Part shown: positions 9,120 to 16,967 of the stretch, in pieces
How the letters are laid out: each line of letters opens with the position of its first letter
Numbering within the stretch: position 1 is the stretch's first letter
From: Rickettsiales bacterium
GTDB lineage: Bacteria > Pseudomonadota > Alphaproteobacteria > Rs-D84 > CACZYB01
Assembly (NCBI GenBank): GCA_031263095.1
Contig: JAISGI010000019.1
Span: 1-55,832 of the forward strand
Direction: 5' to 3'
DNA: 55,832 nucleotides
Program-made: the position numbers and the translations under genes
The notes under the pieces: generated by a model
Told to the model about the DNA's origin: nothing
Database searches by the model: none
The model's input: only the letters and a program-made list of their open reading frames with translations

Positions 9120-10090
9120 ATAATGCCGGCCCGCATAAGGTCGTGGAACGAAATGATTCCGGCCGGCCGCCTCGCCGCGTCAATCACGAACAGGACCTGA
9201 ATCTTCCGCTCGTTCATAAGGCGCGTCGCCTCGGTCGCAAGCGTCCCCTCCTGGATTGAAATCGGCGAGGAGTTCATCACATCGCCAAGCTTCTTGTCCA
9301 TAAACTCGACCCGGTTTCTAAGCAGGCGGCGCAAATCGCCGTCAGTCAGAACGCCCGCGAAACGCCCGTCTGAATCGACCGCCGCGACACAGCCGAACCG
9401 CACCGGCCGGCTCATACACTCGAACACGTCATCCATGCTCGCGGCAAGCGGAAGCAGAGGCACATCGCCTCCGACATGCATTATTTTATCGACTTTCAAA
9501 AGCGACTTGCCAAGCGCGCCGTGCGGGTGCCAGTTGTGGTACCTGTCGGACGTCAGGCCCGATAGCTGCTCGAGCGCGACCACGAACGCATTCGCCATCG
9601 CCGAAATCAACACGATAGAGGCGGTCGGAGCCTTGCCAATTATGCAGTCCTCCGCCACCGCCGGAATGGGAACAATGATGTCCGCCGCCCGCCCAAGCGT
9701 CGATTCCGGCACCGAGCATATGGCGATAATCTTCACCCCGAACCGCTTCGCATAGTCGATGATGTTGAATAGCTCGGATGACTCGCCCGAGTTGGAAATC
9801 ATGATGATGCAGTCGTCCTCGGTTATGACGCCCATGTCGCCGTGGCTGGCCTCGGCCGGGTGCAGGTAAATCGAACGGATTCCGGTCGAGGATAACGTCG
9901 CAGCAAGCCGGTGCGCGATGTATCCCCCCTTGCCCATGCCCGTGACGATGACGTCGCCCTTTAGCTCTTCGGATATGTATTTGACAGCCTCGGCGAACCC
10001 GTCGGGAAAGTTGTCGCGCAGGATTTGCAGGGCGAACGCCTCGCTAGAAATCACACCCTCGCCAATGGCTTTGATGTCGGATAGTTCCAT
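9116..10090 (-). CDS. kdsD: arabinose-5-phosphate isomerase (KpsF/GutQ family, SIS + CBS pair)
   Basis: VTGMGK, HPAEASHGDMG, ISNSGES, TDGDLRR, C-terminal CBS HDLMRAGI. Confidence 0.9.
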   Translation of the reverse strand: MELSDIKAIGEGVISSEAFALQILRDNFPDGFAEAVKYISEELKGDVIVTGMGKGGYIAHRLAATLSSTGIRSIYLHPAEASHGDMGVITEDDCIIMISNSGESSELFNIIDYAKRFGVKIIAICSVPESTLGRAADIIVPIPAVAEDCIIGKAPTASIVLISAMANAFVVALEQLSGLTSDRYHNWHPHGALGKSLLKVDKIMHVGGDVPLLPLAASMDDVFECMSRPVRFGCVAAVDSDGRFAGVLTDGDLRRLLRNRVEFMDKKLGDVMNSSPISIQEGTLATEATRLMNERKIQVLFVIDAARRPAGIISFHDLMRAGII

Positions 10091-10130
10091 TTTTGCACCT
10101 CATAAAAACTGTAAAAGTTCGGCGGCTTTA

Positions 10131-10811
10131 TTACTCCACTATCGAGAATTCGACCGTATTGTCGGACTTGCCCGCCTCGTCCTCGAGGGTCAGTATCATT
10201 ATGCTGCTCGCCGGCACGTCCCTGTCCATAAGCGCCTTGCGCGCATTCAGGAGCCGCGCAAAACTCGCGTTGCGCCCACCCTCTTTGGTGTAATATGCGA
10301 TAGCTTTTATGGTGTATTCCGGCAAAGCTTTGGCTTTCTCCGCGAACGCGGCAAGCGACTTGACCTGCGATTCGTCAAGCTCTTCTACCGCCGCCGCGAA
10401 CTTCAGGATAACGGGCGATACAGACTTTGCACTCGGCGCGGGCGAGGGTTTTATAGGCTTCGGCGCCGCGGCCTCCTCGTGTCTGGGAACCGCAATCCCC
10501 TCGGGCTTCGGCGCAGTGGGTAGTGGCTCGACCGTAGGCATGGGCATAGGCTTTATATGGCTCATGTCAGAGATTACGGCGGGCAAATCCTCGTACTCCA
10601 GCTCCGGCTCAGCAGGCTTGACCGGTGCCGCTTCCTTGACGGCTTCACGCCGAGACGCAGGGGCGACAGGCGCACCCGCCCCGTCCTTGACACCGCCCGC
10701 ACGGAAATTTACGCCCGGACTCGGGTTGGCAAGCCTGACCGGAACCATAAGCTTTTCCGCCCTCGCCGCGACTCCTATGAATAGCAAAAATGCAAATATC
10801 GCCTTTTTCAT
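10131..10811 (-). CDS. exported protein with Pro-rich linker and C-terminal OmpA-like domain
   Basis: Signal peptide, Pro/Ala-rich linker, C-terminal F...L...L....I.AY...S.AR..NAR..L...V pattern of alphaproteobacterial OmpA-like domains. Confidence 0.65.
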   Translation of the reverse strand: MKKAIFAFLLFIGVAARAEKLMVPVRLANPSPGVNFRAGGVKDGAGAPVAPASRREAVKEAAPVKPAEPELEYEDLPAVISDMSHIKPMPMPTVEPLPTAPKPEGIAVPRHEEAAAPKPIKPSPAPSAKSVSPVILKFAAAVEELDESQVKSLAAFAEKAKALPEYTIKAIAYYTKEGGRNASFARLLNARKALMDRDVPASSIMILTLEDEAGKSDNTVEFSIVE

Positions 10812-11566
10812 TTGCTCCCTCGATGTTGGTCTTTCAATGATAAATCTTTAAGCCCGGGTTGTAAATAGTTATTTTCCACAAGCACGCGCGCCGCGCCGAA
10901 TACGTCCGAGGCCGCCGCGCCATCAACGTCCTGCGCCGATATTGCGCCCCCGGCCTCCTTGACAATTAACGCGCCAGCAGCAAGGTCGAAGACCGAGGTC
11001 TCGAGCGCGACATACCCGTCGGCCGACCCGCTTGCCACATACGCGCACGAAAGCGAGGCACAGCCAAGCTCGCGCCCGCCCTCGCCAAGCAGGAACGGCT
11101 CCTCCGCCCTGCGCGAAACCCGTATGCGCCGCTTCATCCGCGCCTCCGCAACGAACGCGCCGTCGCCCCTGCTCGCAAAAAAGGTCTTGTCGAGTAGCGG
11201 GCTATATACGACCGCCGCCGCAATGTACTTTTGCTCTTGCAAAGCGATTGTGATTGCGAACAGCGGCAACCCGCGCGCGAAGTTCGAAAACCCGTCGATT
11301 GGATTCACGATGAACCGGTGCGATATGTCCGCGCCCGCAATGGTCTGTGAAGGAGTCATTATACCGAACTTCGGCCGCGCGGCAAGCAGGGCCTCGACCA
11401 CGGTTTTCTCGATTTTCGCCCGACCGTTCTCGGCAAAACGGAGCCCTTGGTCGCGCGAGGACTGGAGCTGCTCAATCTCGCCGAAGTCGCGTATCGCGAA
11501 CCTCTCCGCCCCCGCCGCTGCGCCAGTCATGACCACCAGGTCGGATGATATGTTGCCCAAGTCCAT
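10808..11566 (-). CDS. suhB: inositol monophosphatase family protein (SuhB-like, degenerate catalytic motifs)
   Basis: RDFGEIEQLQ N-terminus typical of alphaproteobacterial SuhB; NPIDGFSNF in place of DPLDGTTNF; YVASGSADGY; FDLAAGALIVKEAGG. Confidence 0.75.
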   Translation of the reverse strand: MDLGNISSDLVVMTGAAAGAERFAIRDFGEIEQLQSSRDQGLRFAENGRAKIEKTVVEALLAARPKFGIMTPSQTIAGADISHRFIVNPIDGFSNFARGLPLFAITIALQEQKYIAAAVVYSPLLDKTFFASRGDGAFVAEARMKRRIRVSRRAEEPFLLGEGGRELGCASLSCAYVASGSADGYVALETSVFDLAAGALIVKEAGGAISAQDVDGAAASDVFGAARVLVENNYLQPGLKDLSLKDQHRGSK

Positions 11567-11617
11567 TTTGGCTCCTATTTACGATTAGGGGGATTATAGA
11601 GGCGCAAGCGCCGGGTG

Positions 11618-12970
11618 TCAAGGAGTATTGCCCAGCCGCCGCCAATCGACCATGCCCGCCATTTTGGGAAAGTTTTTGTCAAGCACAGCATACTGCACGT
11701 TCGCCTTGTCTCGCACCACCACGAACCGCGCCGCATCCGCCTCCGAAAGCTTCTGCGTCGGCGGCAGTTTCACGGTCAAAGGGTTGACGTGCGAGCCGTC
11801 CTTTATAATCTCATAGTGCAAATGCGGACCCGTAGAAAGCCCCGTGTTCCCAACATAGCCCACGACCTGCCCCTGCTGCACGCGCGAACCAACGCCGATA
11901 CCCGATTTGAACGAGCTCATGTGCCCGTACGCGGTGGAATAAGTCGCGTTGTGCCTGATTTTGATGTAGTTCCCATACCCCTGCTTCCACCCGCGGAAAA
12001 CCACGGTACCCGCGCCGCCCGCGGGAATAGGCGTGCCCGACGGAGCCGCGAAATCCACCCCCTGGTGCGCACGCGAATAGCCAAGCACTGGGTGCTTGCG
12101 CCAGCCGTACTTGGACGAAATCCGCGCCCCGTTTATAGGAGTTTTCTTGAGCGTTTTGCTGGCCGACTTGCCGTTCTCGTCGAAGTATTGGGCAGACCCG
12201 TTCGCCCCCTCGAACCGGTAAAGCTTGAACTCCCCCTTGCGCGAATTCAGGAACAACGAGGCATACACAAGGTCGCCGCTGCCAAGATATTCGCCCTTGG
12301 CGCTGTGGCGTTCCTGGTACATCACGCTGAACGTGTCGCCGGGATAGATGTCCCGCTCGAAATCAACGTCGAAGGAAAATATTTCATAGAATTTGTCGAT
12401 TATGTTATAAGGAATCCCGGCACGCGTCGCAACTTCGATAAGGCTCTCGCCCTTGGTGATTTCGCCCTCCTTGCGCACAAGCTCGGCCTGCGACTCGACA
12501 TGGATTTCCGAGGCGGCAAATCCTCCCTCGCCCCGCGCCGCAACTATTTTATAAATAGGAGAACGCTCGATTTCAAGACGCACAAGCTCCGCCCGGTCGT
12601 TTATAAGCGGCCGGTATTTGACGAAAATCTTGTCCTGCCCGGGCTTGAGCTCGTTGGGCTTGATAAGGCCGACAAGCGCCTTCGAAACCTCCAACACCTC
12701 GGCGTAATCTATGCCCAAAGGGGTAAGGAGCGAGGCGAACGAGTCGCCCTTTGCAATGGCAAGCTCCGCCGTCGCATTCTTGCCCACAAGGTCATCCAAA
12801 AGCGAAGCCAGAGCGAACGACGGCCGCGCCTGTATCGGCGACCCCGCCTCGGCCGGCTCATAGTGCCCGTCGCTTGGCCCAGAAAACCCGAGCGCAAACG
12901 AAAACAGGCAGAAAACCGCCGCCACAAGTGCGAGCGCTCTGTGCGCCCCTATGCGTTTCTTTGTTGGCAT
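11618..12970 (-). CDS. M23 family peptidoglycan DD-endopeptidase (MepM/Csd3-like)
   Basis: HQGVDF (HxxxD), GYGNY, YGHMS, STGPHLHYE; N-terminal TM/signal. Confidence 0.9.
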   Translation of the reverse strand: MPTKKRIGAHRALALVAAVFCLFSFALGFSGPSDGHYEPAEAGSPIQARPSFALASLLDDLVGKNATAELAIAKGDSFASLLTPLGIDYAEVLEVSKALVGLIKPNELKPGQDKIFVKYRPLINDRAELVRLEIERSPIYKIVAARGEGGFAASEIHVESQAELVRKEGEITKGESLIEVATRAGIPYNIIDKFYEIFSFDVDFERDIYPGDTFSVMYQERHSAKGEYLGSGDLVYASLFLNSRKGEFKLYRFEGANGSAQYFDENGKSASKTLKKTPINGARISSKYGWRKHPVLGYSRAHQGVDFAAPSGTPIPAGGAGTVVFRGWKQGYGNYIKIRHNATYSTAYGHMSSFKSGIGVGSRVQQGQVVGYVGNTGLSTGPHLHYEIIKDGSHVNPLTVKLPPTQKLSEADAARFVVVRDKANVQYAVLDKNFPKMAGMVDWRRLGNTP

Positions 12971-13009
12971 GACCAAATGATTATAATATATTTTCAAGGC
13001 CTTTTCAAC

Positions 13010-13648
13010 TCATAAATAATCATAGCGAAAGCGCGCCGCCATGTCCATAAAGCCCGGCACAACCTCGTACACCGACCACCCGCACTTGGCGTCGAAATAG
13101 GTTTTAAGCGACATGAACATCTTGAACCTGTCAAGCCCCGCCTCAAGCCGCCCATACCGAAACATCGAATCTATCGCCCGCTGCTCGAGCGTAACATAGC
13201 ACTCTTTAAGCGCTATCCCGTCCGCAAGCTGGACAAGACGGTCATAGTCGTCATACTCGATAGAGGCGAGGAATCCCGACACAAGCTCCCGCACCTCGGC
13301 TGGCGCGTCCGGCTCGGAAACGGTGGAAAGATCGCCTTGGTCGAGATACCCGTGCGTAATACAGTACCGCGCCCACTCCGGCCTGCCGCGGGACATAAGG
13401 AAGCGGAACCCCAAAACCTCGTGCCAAAACAGCGGCGCACCCCTGCCGTTCCCGCGCGGGTCAAACCGCCCGCAGTCATGCAGAAGCGTCGCGCAGTACG
13501 CACGCGTCCCGTCCATTCCCGCAAGCCCGGCCACCGCCCTCGCGAATTCTGCGGCATAGCGCGAATGCTCAGCCCAGCCGGTCGTGCAACCCGCCTCCGC
13601 GCACATCCGCACAGCTTCGGTTAGCAGTTTTTCAGCATCACGTTCCAT
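13010..13648 (-). CDS. HD-domain phosphohydrolase
   Basis: HS, LLHDCGR, H...G, CITH, LVQLAD motifs. Confidence 0.8.
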   Translation of the reverse strand: MERDAEKLLTEAVRMCAEAGCTTGWAEHSRYAAEFARAVAGLAGMDGTRAYCATLLHDCGRFDPRGNGRGAPLFWHEVLGFRFLMSRGRPEWARYCITHGYLDQGDLSTVSEPDAPAEVRELVSGFLASIEYDDYDRLVQLADGIALKECYVTLEQRAIDSMFRYGRLEAGLDRFKMFMSLKTYFDAKCGWSVYEVVPGFMDMAARFRYDYL

Positions 13649-13711
13649 ATCTGGAAAATTGTACTATTGCATTTGCCTCTTGTAAATGGTAAATTATCCC
13701 CGGAGGTTTCG

Positions 13712-14134
13712 ATGGACGACATAAAGGATATTCTCGGGGTGATAAGGGCTTGCCCGACCGTCCAGCTTGCGACATTCGCGCTTGACGGCTTTCCCGAAAC
13801 CCGCACGGTTATGAACGCCATGAATAGCGACGCCGAGGGCTTCCCCCTGCACTTCCTGACCTCGACAAGCTCGCATAAAATCGAGCAGTTGCGAAAAAAC
13901 CCGCATTGCTGCTTGTACTTTTTGGACATTGCGACCCGCCACGCCGCGACACTTTTCGGAACGATAAGCGAGATTTCCGACCCAGCGCGCAAAGTTGCCT
14001 CCTGGCGCCCCGACTGGACAGGCTTTGGATACGGAGGCCCCTCCGACCCCGAATACGACCTGCTCGAATTCTCGGCCGCGAAATACAAGTTCTACATAGG
14101 AAAAACCGAACACACAGGAGATATAAATGTTTGA
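13712..14134 (+). CDS. pyridoxamine 5'-phosphate oxidase / general stress protein 26 family FMN-binding protein
   Basis: LAT..DGFP.TR.M, TS.SS.K..QL..NP..CLYF, GGPSDPEY; GGAGG RBS. Confidence 0.78.
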   Translation: MDDIKDILGVIRACPTVQLATFALDGFPETRTVMNAMNSDAEGFPLHFLTSTSSHKIEQLRKNPHCCLYFLDIATRHAATLFGTISEISDPARKVASWRPDWTGFGYGGPSDPEYDLLEFSAAKYKFYIGKTEHTGDINV

Positions 14135-14687
14135 TATAAAAGACTTTCCGCTTCCATTCGAATACGACGCGCTCGCACCGCACATGTCGGCCCAAACCCT
14201 GACCTTCCACCATGACAAGCATTTGGGAGCATACATAAATAATCTGAACGCGCTCCTGCCCGGCTCGAAGTACGAGAAGATGTCGCTTGAGGAAATAATC
14301 GCCGCCTCCGCCAAGGATTCCGCCGCGCCCAAGGTCTTCAACAACGCCGCGCAAATCTTCAACCACGACTTTTTCTTCAAGTGCTTGAAAAAGGACAGCG
14401 CCGCGCCCGTTCCCGAGGCGGTAAAGCCCCTGCTGGCCGAGTTCAAGGCGGCGGCAACGGCAGTATTCGGAAGCGGCTGGACTTGGCTCGCCTTGGACGG
14501 CAAGGAGCTGAAAGTCGTGGCGACGCCCAACGCCGACACACCGCTCGCCCACGGTTTAAGGCCAGTTCTGACAATTGACGTGTGGGAGCACGCATACTAT
14601 TTGGATTACCAAAACCGCCGCCCCGACTTCATCGACGCGTTCCTGAACCATTTGGTGAATTGGGAATTCGTTGCCGGCAATTTATAG
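14127..14687 (+). CDS. sodB: Fe superoxide dismutase
   Basis: HHDKH, FNNAAQIFNH (Fe-type AAQ), FGSGWTWL, DVWEHAYYLDY. Confidence 0.93.
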   Translation: MFDIKDFPLPFEYDALAPHMSAQTLTFHHDKHLGAYINNLNALLPGSKYEKMSLEEIIAASAKDSAAPKVFNNAAQIFNHDFFFKCLKKDSAAPVPEAVKPLLAEFKAAATAVFGSGWTWLALDGKELKVVATPNADTPLAHGLRPVLTIDVWEHAYYLDYQNRRPDFIDAFLNHLVNWEFVAGNL

Positions 14688-14729
14688 CTTGCATTTCGCG
14701 AATTCCGATGTATTATAGCCCCGTTCTAT

Positions 14730-14805
14730 GGGCGCGTAGCTCAGTTGGTAGAGCAACTGACTCTTAATCAGTGGGTCGGGAGTTCGAGCCTCCCCGCGCC
14801 CACCA
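14730..14805 (+). tRNA. tRNA-Lys(CTT)
   Basis: GGGCGCG/CGCGCCC acceptor, ACTGA-CTCTTAA-TCAGT anticodon arm, GTTCGAG T-loop, CCA. Confidence 0.95.
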
Positions 14806-14866
14806 AAATTTTTCAAAAGGACAATTCTCCCTTGCAATTTTCCACACAAGCATATATGCTGAGTCC

Positions 14867-14960
14867 AGCAGTGCCGGAGAGCTTTGGTCGGACGCGCATT
14901 ATCACGGATAATAGAAAGCTCAATCTTCGGTATTAGTAATGCGCAAAGCGTCCGCCCACC
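14867..14960 (+). promoter_or_regulatory. structured 5' leader (candidate riboswitch) of QueD/PTPS-like gene
   Basis: Follows TTGCAA-N17-TATGCT (14832-14860); long stem plus potential pseudoknot CGGACGC/GCGTCCG. Confidence 0.45.
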
Positions 14961-14997
14961 TATGCAATAATCAACATGAATAAACAAGGAGAAAAGT

Positions 14998-15477
14998 ATG
15001 ATAACACAGACTACTTTATGTATAGAATACGCCCACCGCTTTTTGGAACACACGGGCGAGGCGCAGTACCTGCACGGCCACCACGGCGAGCTTACCGTCG
15101 AGGTGGAGGGCACACCGGACGAACGCGGCTTCATTGTTCCGGTCGGCGAAATCAAGAAAATCCTGTGGGATTACATGCGCAACTTCGACCACGCGCTCTT
15201 GCTTCAAGACACCGACCCGCTGCTTCCGGTTGTCCTCGCCATATATGAGAAGCAGGGAATCTTGCACGGCGCGCCTGACAATACGAACACGGGCGTGAAG
15301 TTCAAGTCCGAATTCGCAGAGGTCATGCCCGAATGCCGTCTCGTCATAACCAAGAAAATCACGACCGTCGAGAACATGCTCGAGATTTTCTACGCATATC
15401 TCAAGGACAGGCTCAACATCAAACGCATGCGCTTCCAGTCCAAGGACGATGTGGTGGCGGTGTTGGAAGTGAAATAG
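14998..15477 (+). CDS. 6-pyruvoyl-tetrahydropterin synthase / QueD-like T-fold protein (non-canonical active site)
   Basis: AHRF, LHGH, FDHA, TTVEN motifs; AQYLHGH lacks the QueD Cys. Confidence 0.8.
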   Translation: MITQTTLCIEYAHRFLEHTGEAQYLHGHHGELTVEVEGTPDERGFIVPVGEIKKILWDYMRNFDHALLLQDTDPLLPVVLAIYEKQGILHGAPDNTNTGVKFKSEFAEVMPECRLVITKKITTVENMLEIFYAYLKDRLNIKRMRFQSKDDVVAVLEVK

Positions 15478-15499
15478 CTCCTTCCTCCGCAAAGGTATG

Positions 15500-15537
15500 A
15501 AAAAGCCCCGCCACTGAGGAAGGCGGGGCCTTTTTTT
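15500..15537. terminator. bidirectional intrinsic terminator
   Basis: AAAAA-GCCCCGCC-loop-GGCGGGGC-CTTTTTTT between convergent genes. Confidence 0.8.
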
Positions 15538-15571
15538 CCGCTTCTTCCGAGGAGCGCGGAAATCCTTGGAA

Positions 15572-16954
15572 CTACACCTTGAGCTCGTAGAGCGAGGCGA
15601 AGCAGCCAGCACCGCCGGACTTGCCCGCAGCCTCTTGCCCCGGTGTGTTGTTCACTATTGCGGCATCGCCGTTTTTAAGCTCGTACTCGTCGGACTTTAT
15701 GCCGGTGCCTACGTCTATGCGGCCAGTATCGCTCTTGTCCAGAGTGTACTTGGTCTCGCTGGAAACCGCGAACACCTGGCTGTTCCAGTCGGAATCCGAG
15801 CACCACCCCTCCATCTTGTAGATTCCGGCGGGCACTTTCTTGGATACCTCCTTGGCCTCCGATGTGTCGAGAAGCTTCCACTTGGGTTCCTCGCCGACGC
15901 ACGCCTCGGCCTCTCCATAGGACAGGAACTTGTTCATGGAAAGGCAGGCGTCGCGGATAGAACCTCTGTGCTCGCCTTCGGCTTTGGCCAGCAGACGGTC
16001 CTTCTCCGCTTCGGCCTTCTCGAAGAACGCCTCGTCAAGCCCTTCGCGCTTCAGCTTGGCAGCGTCGCGCTCCGCCTGAAGCCCGGCGATGTGGGCAAGC
16101 CTGTCCGCCTCGGCCTGGTTTTCCGCCTCCTGCTCGAGAGCGTCCCTGTCGTTCTTGGCCTGGGCGATGTCGGACTTCAGCTTGTCGATCTGGACAAGCG
16201 CGTCCGCAGTGTCGGCGGCCTTGTCGGTCTTGGCTTTGGTGATGAGGATTCTGGCTTTCTCCATGAATACCGCGGTGTCGATGTCAAGCTGATCCGCGGC
16301 GTCGCGCGCTTTCTGCTCTTCCTTGACGCTCGACAGCTGGAACTTGGCTATCGAGGCGTTCGTGGCGGAAACGTCGGTCGCCGGGTCGGTGGCAAGCAGG
16401 GCCGCGGCCTCGGTATAGGCCTGGGATGCTTCGCCGCTGAACCCGTCGGCGGCATCGGCCGCTTCCTCTATCTTGTCGGCGGTCGCATCGGCAGTGTCGT
16501 ATGCGGCCTGCAAAATCTCCTTGTCCTTCTCGGTAAGGAATTGCTGGGAAAGCATGGGGCCAAGCCCGTCGACGCTCTTGCGCGCGTTGTCGGCATAGGC
16601 CCTTGTACGCTCGACCGAGGCTTCGATTGCCTCAAGCTCGGTCAAGGTGCTTGTCGTAGCGGCGGCGGCTTCGACACCCGCCGCTCCTGCACGACCCCCG
16701 TCGGCGGAACGTGCGGCGCCACGGCCACCTGCCCGGGCGGTTCCCGCTGCCCTCGCTCCGCGCCCGGTCGAGGCTGCGCGGGCCGAACCGCCCCTGCCCC
16801 TGGTCGTTGCGGCGGCGCGGGCCGAACCGCCCCTGCCCTTCGCAGAGCTTGCTGCGCGCGCGGGCTGTTTCTTTGTGCTCTTTTGCGGAGCCGCGTCGAT
16901 GGCCGAAGCCGCGACAAGCGCACCCGCGAAAAGTATTGCTGATAGTTTATTCAT
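15572..16954 (-). CDS. secreted protein: basic SARAA-repeat N-terminus, Ala/Glu coiled coil, Cys-containing C-domain
   Basis: Signal peptide, KKQPARAASSAKG shared with the upstream gene, heptad-rich middle; AGGAGA RBS. Confidence 0.8.
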   Translation of the reverse strand: MNKLSAILFAGALVAASAIDAAPQKSTKKQPARAASSAKGRGGSARAAATTRGRGGSARAASTGRGARAAGTARAGGRGAARSADGGRAGAAGVEAAAATTSTLTELEAIEASVERTRAYADNARKSVDGLGPMLSQQFLTEKDKEILQAAYDTADATADKIEEAADAADGFSGEASQAYTEAAALLATDPATDVSATNASIAKFQLSSVKEEQKARDAADQLDIDTAVFMEKARILITKAKTDKAADTADALVQIDKLKSDIAQAKNDRDALEQEAENQAEADRLAHIAGLQAERDAAKLKREGLDEAFFEKAEAEKDRLLAKAEGEHRGSIRDACLSMNKFLSYGEAEACVGEEPKWKLLDTSEAKEVSKKVPAGIYKMEGWCSDSDWNSQVFAVSSETKYTLDKSDTGRIDVGTGIKSDEYELKNGDAAIVNNTPGQEAAGKSGGAGCFASLYELKV

Positions 16955-16967
16955 TTCATTCTCTCCT

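Noticed and set aside
9116-10090. KdsD motif drift (GKGGY for GKSGH, Arg for the conserved Lys)
   Set aside because: Gene is intact, syntenic with lptC, and waaA/lpxK are present; most likely lineage divergence, and a functional change cannot be supported from sequence alone
11615-13015. 466-aa plus-strand ORF
   Set aside because: Antisense shadow of the M23 peptidase
3017-14805. Genomic island or prophage integrated at tRNA-Gly, ssrA or tRNA-Lys
   Set aside because: No integrase, phage genes or distant att duplication found; the flanking genes are largely housekeeping
15566-16942. 458-aa plus-strand ORF
   Set aside because: Antisense to the signal-peptide-bearing gene 15572-16954
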